Of a stretch of 64,000 nucleotides of DNA, positions 18,740 through 27,902 are shown in pieces. Under the pieces are notes generated by a model. The model did no database searches, had not been told where the DNA came from, and worked only from the letters and a program-made list of their open reading frames with translations. The stretch is from the NCBI GenBank assembly GCA_963708295.1, contig CAVPSJ010000004.1:1107154-1171153 (forward strand). Direction: 5' to 3'. The number at the start of each line of letters is the position of its first letter. Position 1 is the stretch's first letter. The translations under genes and the position numbers were made by a program. The DNA comes from an uncultured delta proteobacterium (GTDB lineage: Bacteria > Desulfobacterota > BSN033 > UBA1163).

Positions 18740-19763
18740 TTCTGATCTCCTGCTCTCTCTTGACGGAGGGTTGGATTTGAACCTTCGGGCTTCAATGGGC
18801 TCGTTTCCTGGGATAACTCGTTCCCGAATACCCTCCCCCAACCGTTTTTAATCAGTCCGACGATGCCCTGAGGGACGAAAAGCAGAACGCACCGTCAGGA
18901 TGAGCCCGTCAACCAATAGTCGATAGTTCTTCATGAACTCGGTGAACTGAGGAAGCAGCTTGATGAAGGTTCCTCCTACCGACACCGCCGAGCACGCTTC
19001 CCTTTCCTCCCAGGAAGACCATCACCATGAACTCGAGTGAGGTCCCAACCCCAAATTGAGCGGGGGTGACGGACCCTGTGTAGTAGGCGAGGAGGCTTCC
19101 AGCGACGGAAGCGTAAATGGCGCTGATGACGAAGACCTTGACCTTCTCCCATGCGACATCGATGCCGAGGCTCTGTGCGCCTGTTTCGTCCCCCTGGATT
19201 GCCCTGAGGACCCGCCCTGCCTGTGAATTTGAAAGGCCGGCTGCGAAGAGGATCCCGAGAAAGACAACCCCCCATACCAGGTAGTAATTGGCCACATCTC
19301 CTTCAAAAACGATCGGGCCAATCGAGAACGGCGGCTGGCCCTGGATACCGGTAAATCCTCCGGTCCATGCGCCGCCTACGATCAGGATCGCATTGATGAG
19401 CATGACAAAAATCAGCGTGGCAACGGCCAGATGGAACTGGGTGAGGGTCTTGAGCAAAGGGAAACCGAGGATAAGAGCGATGAGGCCTGTGACAATGGCG
19501 GCGACGATCAATGCCGGGAAGGGTGTGAAGCCAAACCGGATGGTCAGGATGGTGCTGACGTAGGCACCGATGGCATAGAAGCCGCCGTGACCGAGAGAAA
19601 GCTGGCCTGCGTGGCCGACGAGCATGCTGAGACCTGTGACCACAAGGGAGACGACGCCGGCCAGCACCAGGAAACCCAGGGTGTACTCATCCCTGATGAA
19701 GATGGGGATGACTCCGACGAAGGCGATGCCGATCAGGGCGCCGATGAGATGGCTTCGCTTCAC
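18736..19763 (-). CDS. livM: ABC permease (LivM-like), with indels near the 3' end
   Basis: GQLSLGHGGFYAIGAY, TGGFTG, GRVLRAI, SLEFMVMVFLGG; PQGIVG found in a shifted frame; end coordinate approximate. Confidence 0.85.
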
Positions 19764-20641
19764 CTTGCCGATCCCCTAATGATGCCCTTCGGCATGGCAC
19801 ACAGCACCACGAGCAGAATGAGGAGCGCGATCACATCCTTGTACATGGAAGGGAAGATACCGGCAGCCATGCTTTCGGAGAGACCCACGGCAAGTCCACC
19901 GACAACGGCACCCAGATTGCTATCGATGCCTCCCACGATCGCCGCGACGATCCCTTTGATGGTCAGGAGAACACCGCTGATGAAGTTCATAAAAACGATG
20001 GGAGCGATCAGGACTCCTGCCAGAGCGCCGATGGAAGCGCCGAAGACAAAGGAAAGCTGGACGACCCGGATCGGGTTGATGCCGACGAGAGAAGCGGCAA
20101 GCCGGTTCTCTGCGGATGCGCGCATGGCCAGTCCTAACATCGTCCTGTCAAGAAAGAGCCAGAAAAGGACGGACAAGGCAGCGCTGATACCGAGGATCCA
20201 GATCGTCTGAGGAAGAATCGCCGCCCCCAGAACTTGAATGGGATCGGAGCCCGAGAGATGGGGCAACAAATAGGAGTCCTGCCCCCACAGGACGACGGCA
20301 AGACCCTGAATGGTCATGGAAAGCCCGATAGTGATCATAATGATCATCATCCGGGGAAACGTGCGAACCCTCCGTATGACCAGCCGCTCTACGATCAAAC
20401 CGACGATGGCCACGAGGACGATGGCAGCCAGGACCGATAGAAACATGGGCAGAGCCAGGCCAATCAGGGCGATGGCGACCATCCCCCCGAGCATGGAAAA
20501 TTCCCCCTGGGCGATGTTCATGATTCTTGTGGTGCGGAAGACGAGGGAGAAACTGAAGGCGATCAGGGCATAAATAGCACCCAGCGTCAGTCCCGAGATC
20601 AGGAACTGAAGGATCTGTACGAACATTTGAAATTTTTCCAC
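19760..20641 (-). CDS. livH: ABC permease (LivH-like)
   Basis: GAIYALIA, NIAQGEF, GLAMRASAEN, AAIVGG, PKGI. Confidence 0.92.
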   Translation of the reverse strand: MEKFQMFVQILQFLISGLTLGAIYALIAFSFSLVFRTTRIMNIAQGEFSMLGGMVAIALIGLALPMFLSVLAAIVLVAIVGLIVERLVIRRVRTFPRMMIIMITIGLSMTIQGLAVVLWGQDSYLLPHLSGSDPIQVLGAAILPQTIWILGISAALSVLFWLFLDRTMLGLAMRASAENRLAASLVGINPIRVVQLSFVFGASIGALAGVLIAPIVFMNFISGVLLTIKGIVAAIVGGIDSNLGAVVGGLAVGLSESMAAGIFPSMYKDVIALLILLVVLCAMPKGIIRGSAR

Positions 20642-20689
20642 CCATAGAAGCCGGCGCGCTGCCAGCCTCTGCGGGTTCCATTCAGAAGT

Positions 20690-21865
20690 TTACTTGGCAA
20701 CGACCTGCCACTTGCCCCCAAGACCCATCAGGATGATCACGGAATTCTTGTCCACCCCGTTGTGATCGTTTGGAGTCATGACGTAACTGGCCTGGAGGCC
20801 GCTCATCTTGATATTTTCAATATAATTACGCACCTTCTCAGGATTGGTTCCGACGACCTTCATTGCCTCGACAGCCATCGCGGTCAGATCCCATGCGACC
20901 GCCTCCAGGTTTTCGGGAGGGGCATTGAATTTCGTCATATACATTTGCCGGAATTCGAGGCCGGGGGCCTTGACGGGATCGCTGTCGGGCACGCTGTCGA
21001 GCACCTGGAGCTTGCCGCCGAGCGTGAAGAGCAGGTTCTCTTTGGGAACGTCTCCGATCAGCTTAAAGAATCTGCTGCTTGCCGCCCCGCCGCTCGGCAT
21101 ATAAGGAATGTCCATTCCAAGCTGGCGCATGTTCTTATAGACAAGAACAGCGGCGTCGCCCGAGCACCAAGACAACAGGGCCTGGGGTTTGGCGGCCTTG
21201 AGCTTGGAGAGTTGAGGGGTAATGTCCTTGTCCTGAGTGTTGAAACGCTCCTCGCCCACCAGCTGTATGCCATATTTGGGGGCCAGAGATTTCAAGGTGG
21301 CGGACGCCCTGTCGCCCACGTCATCCATGGTCTGAAGGCTTGCGATCTGGGTCCAGCCACGCTGTTTGACGAAATTCATATAGACTTCATTGCCCATCTC
21401 AACACCGACAACCAGGTTGAAGAGGTACTTGTCGCCCGGGTTGATGGTTATCGCTCCAGAAGCGATATCCGGAATTTTCATCTGTTGAATAACGGGCTTA
21501 ATGGGCATGATCGTCCAGGCGCCTGTCGGACCAAGGATTACCGAAACCTTGTCCTGTTTCGCGAGCTTCTTGACGAGCAGCCCAGCCGTTTCCGCCTGCG
21601 ACTGGTCATCATAAGAGATGTGCTCAATGCGCTGGCCTTTGATGCCTCCTTTTGAATTCAGCCGTTCAATCTCAAGGGCAATTGCCCTTTGCTGCATGCT
21701 TCCAACGTTTGCGAAAGAACCGGTCAGCGAAAAAATCGTTCCAATTTTATAGGTTTCTTTAGCCGTCTGAGCCATGGTAGACGATATACAAAGGGACAGG
21801 GAAAGCAAAAGAACGGGAGCCGCCGTGAGTAACGCTGCGAAGTGCCATTTGCTTTTCATAGCCAT
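20690..21865 (-). CDS. ABC substrate-binding protein (Liv/PBP1 type)
   Basis: Signal peptide; SLTG, NSKGGIKG, YDDQS, DITPQLSKLKAA. Confidence 0.9.
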   Translation of the reverse strand: MAMKSKWHFAALLTAAPVLLLSLSLCISSTMAQTAKETYKIGTIFSLTGSFANVGSMQQRAIALEIERLNSKGGIKGQRIEHISYDDQSQAETAGLLVKKLAKQDKVSVILGPTGAWTIMPIKPVIQQMKIPDIASGAITINPGDKYLFNLVVGVEMGNEVYMNFVKQRGWTQIASLQTMDDVGDRASATLKSLAPKYGIQLVGEERFNTQDKDITPQLSKLKAAKPQALLSWCSGDAAVLVYKNMRQLGMDIPYMPSGGAASSRFFKLIGDVPKENLLFTLGGKLQVLDSVPDSDPVKAPGLEFRQMYMTKFNAPPENLEAVAWDLTAMAVEAMKVVGTNPEKVRNYIENIKMSGLQASYVMTPNDHNGVDKNSVIILMGLGGKWQVVAK

Positions 21866-21915
21866 TCCTTTTTCCTCCTATTAGTGAAATTAGGAACTTG
21901 CCTTGAGACGGGTTG

Positions 21916-21945
21916 ACTATATAAGAAAAGGCAATGGTCTGTCAA
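21916..21945 (-). promoter_or_regulatory. Sigma70 promoter of the ABC/CocE operon
   Basis: TTGACA-18 bp-TATAGT on the minus strand. Confidence 0.55.
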
Positions 21946-22122
21946 GAGAGAAATCGGCCGAGAAATATGGGAGTGTGCGCCTTGAACAGGGCGAGGCTGA
22001 GAACATGAAAAAAATATCGCGAAGAAAGCCTCAAAAATCTAATCAGATCCTTTCTAGATCAAAGATTCTTGGCTGACCGTCTTAGCATGACGTGACGACA
22101 AAGCCTTAAACGAGGGGGAAGA

Positions 22123-22794
22123 TTAACGCTCGATCGCTTTCAGAAAGTTTTCGGTATTACTCACCCAGCCCAAAGCCACTTTGATGTTGTGGATCGTTCC
22201 GTCCTGGATATAAGACGGACCATTGTTGGCAGTGGCGTCTGAAATGAGGACGGGGAAGTAACTAAGGTTCGCAGCGTCTCTCACGGAGGCTTCAACGCAG
22301 ATGTTTGTAGCGCATCCTGTAAAAAATAGATATTTTAAGTTGTAGGTTTTGAGGACCGTGTCCAGATTGGTCCCAAAAAACGCACTGAATCGCGGTTTCT
22401 CAATAAGGAAGTCACCTTCATTCGGTTTCAGAAGGTCGATAATCTCACTTCCCCACGTGCCTCGGATGAGGTATTTATCTTTCCATTTTGGATCCTCGCG
22501 GTAGGCCCTTACACTCTTGTACCAGAAGGAGGACTCCGGTCCCACCTCGCGCAGATCCGGGGAAAGGACATGGGCAATATAGATCACCTTGACTTTCCTC
22601 TCCCGGGCCTTGTCGCAAATCCTCCTGATCGGCTCGATCACTTTTTGAATGGACGCGATGTCGAACCCCCGCGCCTCAAACATCCCTCCCTTGCTAACAA
22701 AGGCATTTTGCATATCGACCACGATGACGGCCGACCTTGCCGGATCGATCTCTATGGGTTCTGGTTCAGCAATCATCTTTGATAGGGTAATCAT
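22123..22794 (-). CDS. Isochorismatase-family cysteine hydrolase, RutB-like
   Basis: AEPEPI..VVDMQNAF.SKGG, EKPRFSAF, ATNICVE (Asp-Lys-Cys triad). Confidence 0.88.
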   Translation of the reverse strand: MITLSKMIAEPEPIEIDPARSAVIVVDMQNAFVSKGGMFEARGFDIASIQKVIEPIRRICDKARERKVKVIYIAHVLSPDLREVGPESSFWYKSVRAYREDPKWKDKYLIRGTWGSEIIDLLKPNEGDFLIEKPRFSAFFGTNLDTVLKTYNLKYLFFTGCATNICVEASVRDAANLSYFPVLISDATANNGPSYIQDGTIHNIKVALGWVSNTENFLKAIER

Positions 22795-22913
22795 TCTTGA
22801 CCTCCCTTTTCTATTTTTCAACTAATCGCTTTGCTGTTTCGCAACTTTTTCTTTGAATACTTTCGTACTGCTTGTTGAATTTTACTCATCTAGTCAAATC
22901 ACTACTACTACTA

Positions 22914-22942
22914 AATGTATACTTTTGGGGCATGCCTGTCAA
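22914..22942 (-). promoter_or_regulatory. Sigma70 promoter
   Basis: TTGACA-17 bp-TACATT on the minus strand. Confidence 0.55.
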
Positions 22943-23118
22943 ATCTTGAGGGAGTCAATGGTCAAGATTTGGGGGTATCAGGATCCAGAGGCTGAACATC
23001 GCTTGCCGATACCCAGCCCTCACTCACAAACACGGAAAGCGCAAGGTATGATCTTTAAACCGCTATCAGCGGGCTGAGCCCAATTTTTTCATGCCTGTTT
23101 GCAATTTGACGGATCACC

Positions 23119-23658
23119 TTACCGCTTGAAGTCATCCTCTCGTTTGGGTCCCTCTGCTTGCTCCCCTCTGAATAGTTTACAGCCGACATCCACCCAACGC
23201 TCACTTAGGCTCCCTTTCGCGGGTGCTATCCACGTTTGCCCATATGGATGGAAAGACACTCTGAGCGCTTTCCAATGAACATCCAAATCCTCAACAGAGT
23301 AGATTCTATACTGTCGCGTCTCAGGATTAATTTGGATAATGCTTCGCTGATTAGCTGAGGAAGGCTTATGCGTCTGAAGGCCGGCCCCCGTAAAAGTCTG
23401 GACTATCGCCATTGCAAATGTACCGTCCGTAAGTGGCTCAACATCTGTAGCGTAACGCCATTCGGACATTTTCGCTCTTTCTCCGATCACGATGGTAGTA
23501 TCCAATACCCACTTTAACCATGTAGGATTACCAGCCCATTTATGCAATTCGCGGGGCTCCGCTTCAAAGGGCTTGAAGTTTTTATACCAGGCCGCCCAAC
23601 TATTGCAGGTTGGAGCCAACGCAATCACCAGAGCCAACAAAACCACTAACTTTTTCAT
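23119..23658 (-). CDS. Secreted hypothetical protein
   Basis: RBS GAGGAG; signal peptide MKKLVVLLALVIALAP; TTGACA-17-TACACT upstream near 23810-23838. Confidence 0.6.
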   Translation of the reverse strand: MKKLVVLLALVIALAPTCNSWAAWYKNFKPFEAEPRELHKWAGNPTWLKWVLDTTIVIGERAKMSEWRYATDVEPLTDGTFAMAIVQTFTGAGLQTHKPSSANQRSIIQINPETRQYRIYSVEDLDVHWKALRVSFHPYGQTWIAPAKGSLSERWVDVGCKLFRGEQAEGPKREDDFKR

Positions 23659-23899
23659 CTCAGTTCTCCTCAAAGATCATGTGTGGTTGCTTCCAAAAAA
23701 ACAAAACCTCATCTTCTTTTCAGAAATCAAGTCTAAATTCATCTCCAGGTCAAATTTCCACCCAATGTTTAGTGCTTACATGCCAATTGGAAGGCTTCAA
23801 CCTCATGGGAGTGTATTAAATTAGGAATTGTGTGTCAATGAAAATTGGAGGGAGGAATGACCAATCACCCGTCTCCCGCCATACCAATCACGTCAAAAG

Positions 23900-23946
23900 G
23901 CTGCAACTTTTGTTGCATCGTCAACTTCTTTGTCAAAACGTAATTT
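23900..23946 (+). repeat. ~46-bp dispersed repeat, copy C
   Basis: GCTGCAACTTTTGTTGCATCGTCAACTTCTTTGTCAAAACGTAATTT. Confidence 0.8.
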
Positions 23947-24026
23947 ATGGATTAGGAAAAGACAGCCAGGAATATAACTTTGAGGAAGTAGCTGGAGGAG
24001 ATTGATGACGGAGTATCACACGTCAA

Positions 24027-24234
24027 CAGGCTGTTGAAAAACGCCCATCTGCGGCGTTCCCCTCATCCTTCGTCGTTGCAGCGTACATCCAAGTACGCCT
24101 CTGGCCGACTCACCAACTCGTCGGCGTGGCAAGATGTCGCTCCTTATTCGTCGCGACGCCACTCTCAGGGTTTCGGTCGCCTTGCATCTGGGCGTTTTTG
24201 ATCAGCCTGAAAAAAATGAAGTTTCAACAGGCTT
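24027..24234 (+). mobile_element. MITE-like element, copy 1, carrying a 59-bp nested insert
   Basis: CAGGCTGTTGAAAAACGCCCATCTGCGGCG...TTTCAACAGGCT; near-identical to 28876-29026 apart from the insert at 24102-24160. Confidence 0.8.
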
Positions 24235-24364
24235 TCGAGGGCTGACCTCAATTTCCTCCCCAGGTTTTGGGCCTTCACGCCTGAACTCGAATATAGCCAT
24301 TTAGAGGGCGGGCATTTTTAACCTTACCTCATCCTTTCGATTAGAATCCATCATTTGATGATTC

Positions 24365-25009
24365 TTATAAGGATGGCCATTTGCCAACGGATAATACCGG
24401 ATAACCGGCTTTTTCCAAATCTTTAACAATCGCCTCATACTTTTCCGTTGCAATCCGGATAGCTGCAACCCTGTTTCCCTCTACGAAAAAAGAGGGAGAT
24501 ACAATACTAATAACATTTAGTTTGTGGTCTCTTATCACTTTAAGCACTCCAAACATTGCACCAGGCTTATCTTCAAGGGCGAGAGTGAGGCGGGTGCCTT
24601 TCTGTTTGAGACCAAATAAGTCAACAAGATGGCTCAGTGCATCCGTTTCTGTAAAAACTCCATAGAGTCTTCCCTCCTCCAAAACAGGAAGACACCTGAT
24701 CTCATGGTCATGCAGTAGTTGGACTGCTTCTTCGATGATTGTGTCCGGCGTAATCCAGATGAGTCTTTCTTTTGGGGTCATGAAGGCTGAAACATTTATT
24801 TTTCTCGTGCTGTCGGGAGGGGCTGCCTCCGTAAGATCTCGCTCCGTAACGATTCCAACCACGTTTCTATTCTCATCCACAACGACCAGATGCCGATTAC
24901 CCTTCTCATGAATAAGCTGCCGGGCCTCAAGAAGCGATGCATCAGGACGAATAGTTACCGGATCCCTCTGTATTCTTTCTCTCATAAAGCCTTTATAGCT
25001 AATTGTCAT
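24365..25009 (-). CDS. CBS-pair + ACT domain protein (AcuB-like)
   Basis: PVTIRPD..GIVTERDL..LPVL..GVFTETD; LEDKPGAM ACT domain. Confidence 0.88.
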   Translation of the reverse strand: MTISYKGFMRERIQRDPVTIRPDASLLEARQLIHEKGNRHLVVVDENRNVVGIVTERDLTEAAPPDSTRKINVSAFMTPKERLIWITPDTIIEEAVQLLHDHEIRCLPVLEEGRLYGVFTETDALSHLVDLFGLKQKGTRLTLALEDKPGAMFGVLKVIRDHKLNVISIVSPSFFVEGNRVAAIRIATEKYEAIVKDLEKAGYPVLSVGKWPSL

Positions 25010-25203
25010 TTATATTCCTCCTTTCTATTTTACGGAACTTTTAAATTGAAACACTACAATCATTGCGGAATAGCGGTTAAACCTCGACGTCATCCGCCAA
25101 TCGGCTTTTTCCTTGGCGTCTCGAGAGAAATGGGCCAGGCTGTGATTCTCATTAGGTTGCGTACTTTCGCCGGGGGTACCCTCATGCACCTGGCAATTTC
25201 CCC

Positions 25204-25737
25204 CTATCCCTTCTGGACACCGCTCCACCATTCCTTGATCAAGGGAACACATTCCCGCCCGGTAGCGGCGCTGTAGATAAGGTCGCCCTCGGGCGTGCAA
25301 AGTCTCGAGAATTCGACCGGGTGCTCCCTGGCAAGCCATGCGACAAAGGTTTGTACTCGCTGTTTGATTCTGCGAGAAGTCTCTTCTTCGACCGTTGCAA
25401 CGAACTTCTGAATTTTGCCTTCTTTTAAGGAAATGGTGCAAGATGTGTAGAAGACCTCATCGATTCCCATTGCCTCAAGCCTGTCATTTCGTGCGATCAG
25501 CTGGCAGGTGAGTCCGTCGCGGTGCGGCAACAAGTTGATAAACCGAAGCTCCGTGTTGGCAGCGGCATCATATTCGAAGGCCTGCCGGATAGTTTCTTTT
25601 CCGATGAGGGTTGAATGGTCCATGATTTGATACTGAGCATCATCGTTGAACAGGTCCAGGAGATCACTCATCCTGTACCGATCCGGCAGGGCCTGAAGTC
25701 TCTGCATCAGACTCAGAACATATCCTTGATCGTTCAT
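25204..25737 (-). CDS. SnoaL/NTF2-like protein
   Basis: LDLFNDDAQY..GKETIR..EGKI; RBS AAGGAGG. Confidence 0.7.
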   Translation of the reverse strand: MNDQGYVLSLMQRLQALPDRYRMSDLLDLFNDDAQYQIMDHSTLIGKETIRQAFEYDAAANTELRFINLLPHRDGLTCQLIARNDRLEAMGIDEVFYTSCTISLKEGKIQKFVATVEEETSRRIKQRVQTFVAWLAREHPVEFSRLCTPEGDLIYSAATGRECVPLIKEWWSGVQKG

Positions 25738-26006
25738 AGGTTTCCTCCTTTCTTACCGAGAGAATGGTACCTCTTCCTCCGTGCTCCGGGGCTCGATTCT
25801 GTAAAGTCTTCCTCCGCCAACCATCCCGTTTGGATAGAAACATTTCGTTTGGGTTATTGGATCGATAATACTAAAAATGGCCATTTTGTCAATGTCAGAA
25901 ATAGATTGTAAAAATTATTTTTTAACGATCATGATGGTAAAATTTGGCGACTACAAAGAGTGAGGATCAGTCTGTATTAGGGGTTGATGATTTCCATTGA
26001 AAGAAA

Positions 26007-26052
26007 GTATAACGGGCTACTAAGCCGCGTCGGCTTGAGCGGCGAGTTAGAT
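26007..26052 (-). mobile_element. Integron attC site (minimal, 46 bp)
   Basis: Minus strand ATCTAAC-TCGCC-GCTCAAGCCGACGCGGCTTAGT-AGCCC-GTTATAC shows the R''/L''/L'/R' layout. Confidence 0.8.
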
Positions 26053-26067
26053 TCATCTCTGCCGTAT

Positions 26068-26409
26068 TTAGTTTGAGATGTCTGGTGCCTCTTCCCAATT
26101 TACCGTTCGGAAAAAGTTCTCGCAGTTGCCGAATTTAGTATTTCGATAGGTTTGCATTCCGGAAACAACACCATCAAAAAGCCAAACAAGGACATAATGG
26201 TCGTCCTCAAACCCGGAGTAGTCGGTAGAACAATATTGCCAGGCTTCATTCTTGCCCTTGAATTGTCGGTTTTGTGGCTCACCCATTACCTGCCGAAGCT
26301 CAGCCACCGACATTCCAGGTCTAACCGTCGCAGATTTTCTTACGACTGCGCTTTGGGACGCACATGCCTGCAAGATGAGCATCAACGCTACAATGACCAT
26401 ATATCTCAT
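26068..26409 (-). CDS. SmpA/BamE-like lipoprotein (cassette gene)
   Basis: Lipobox LQAC; VRPGMSVAELRQVMGEP..EAWQY; preceded by core site GTTAGAT (26431-26425). Confidence 0.75.
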   Translation of the reverse strand: MRYMVIVALMLILQACASQSAVVRKSATVRPGMSVAELRQVMGEPQNRQFKGKNEAWQYCSTDYSGFEDDHYVLVWLFDGVVSGMQTYRNTKFGNCENFFRTVNWEEAPDISN

Positions 26410-26667
26410 GCGATCCCCTCCTGAATCTAACTATTCTTTTTCTATTCTTTCTCTAAAACGATCAACCAGATCTCTTCTTCTTCCCCCAAAAAGGGCCATT
26501 GGGTGCCATTTTTTACAGAAAAGACCATTCTGGACAATATTATACAGAATTTGCGTAATTCAAGAATGAATTATCTTGCTCGTAAATCCATTATCAATTT
26601 CTACTTATATTTTACACCATTTTCAAGAATTAGGGAAGAGAAAGTTTCAGGAAGTACTCTTCGGAAA

Positions 26668-26695
26668 CAAAAAAACAGGGCCATTTCTGACCCTG
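26668..26695 (-). terminator. Intrinsic terminator after the cupin gene
   Basis: CAGGGTCA..GCCCTG stem and T7 on the minus strand. Confidence 0.55.
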
Positions 26696-26745
26696 CTTAG
26701 CTCCTTGCATTTAATCTTAATTTCAACAACGATGTCTATTGATTT

Positions 26746-27114
26746 CTATTTTTTCCCAGCCCCTTTTGCATAATCCACCATACCTTGAAAATCAACGATA
26801 ACCACAGGCTCATTTCCGACAACCCAAGCATCATGTCCAGACCCCAGCAGTGCTACATCTCCTGCTTTACAATCCTTTACTGTCCCATCATCCATCTTAA
26901 TCCTTAATGTTCCAGACACATGATACTGAAAATGAGGAGCTTCGCAACTTTCTGTTTTTGCTAAAGGTTTCACAGATTCAGACCATTTCCACCCAGGTTT
27001 CAAAGTTGCCCGTCCTATCGTTTTTCCTTCAATATTAATAATTTCCAATTTTCCCTTATCAAACGTCCTTACCTCATCCGGTTTATCAAAACTCTTCGCT
27101 TCCATTTTTGCCAT
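26746..27114 (-). CDS. Cupin-domain protein
   Basis: KSFDKPDEVRTF..PGWKWSESVKP..SCEAPH..GHDAWVVGNEP. Confidence 0.88.
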   Translation of the reverse strand: MAKMEAKSFDKPDEVRTFDKGKLEIINIEGKTIGRATLKPGWKWSESVKPLAKTESCEAPHFQYHVSGTLRIKMDDGTVKDCKAGDVALLGSGHDAWVVGNEPVVIVDFQGMVDYAKGAGKK

Positions 27115-27547
27115 GTTAATCACCTCCTCAACCGATTTGATAGGTCTCTATATATTTAGTTTATTCCAATAATAGGCGTTCGTAAACACAGTGAACTACT
27201 TATTTCTAGGGTAAAAGCACTGTATTTTAATGCCAGTCTATTCTTTTGACAATTTGAGCTGTTTTACCGATTACGACTTGAAAGCTTGTATTAATGGAGG
27301 AAATTCAAAAATCACGACTACAGGAAGAAGTCTTCGACACCAGAGGAGGTTTAAACCCATGGAACGGGTTCGCCAAATACTTCGTCGTGAGAATGGTTGA
27401 TGGCAAGGGGAGATGAGGGACACCCCTGAAATTTAGATGTCCATATAGGTTTCCATCGTTCCCATTTTAGGTGTTCTGTGTGGGGAATGATTAATTTGAG
27501 AATTAAAAAGGAGTTACGAATGTCTCTCAACCAATTGAAATTATAAA

Positions 27548-27623
27548 TGGTGGTCCCAACGGGATTCGAACCCGTGTTACCGACGTGAGAGGCCAGTGTC
27601 CTAGGCCACTAGACGATGGGACC
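27548..27623 (-). tRNA. tRNA-Glu (anticodon CTC)
   Basis: GGTCCCATCGTCTAGTGGCCTAGGACACTGGCCT-CTC-ACGTCGGTAACACGGGTTCGAATCCCGTTGGGACCACCA; 76 nt, encoded CCA. Confidence 0.97.
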
Positions 27624-27640
27624 ACGCTTTAATTCAATTC

Positions 27641-27885
27641 CAAATGTCAAATGCCAAATTTCAAATAAATTCCGCTGCTTGCGGCAGGGAGGAATTATCC
27701 AACGTCCAACAACCAAACCATCTTTCATGTCTTGTCCAAATTAACGCACAACTCATCAAAAATCAAGCAATATTTCATTGCCTTCTAACATTCCCAATTC
27801 TTCTTGTCTTATAAATTTTTACGATTTATACTAGGGAATAATAAAGGTTGCTCTCGAATTTGACATTTGAACTTTGACATTTGAG
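27641..27885. repeat. Two inverted tracts of 7-bp tandem repeats
   Basis: (CAAATGT)-like x~4 at 27641-27666 and (ATTTGAC)-like x4 at 27858-27885. Confidence 0.7.
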
Positions 27886-27902
27886 ATTAAGATTCTAACG
27901 CT

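Noticed and set aside
17960-18900. LivM C-terminus in frame with LivG (possible fusion)
   Set aside because: LivG has its own RBS and an ATGA overlap at 18739, and the region has several indels. It cannot be fully excluded without reads.
15918-21655. Long antisense ORFs (15918-17120, 17059-17847, 20762-21655; also 44843-45745, 46272-47171, 57439-58389)
   Set aside because: Shadow ORFs opposite GC-rich genes, with no recognisable motifs.
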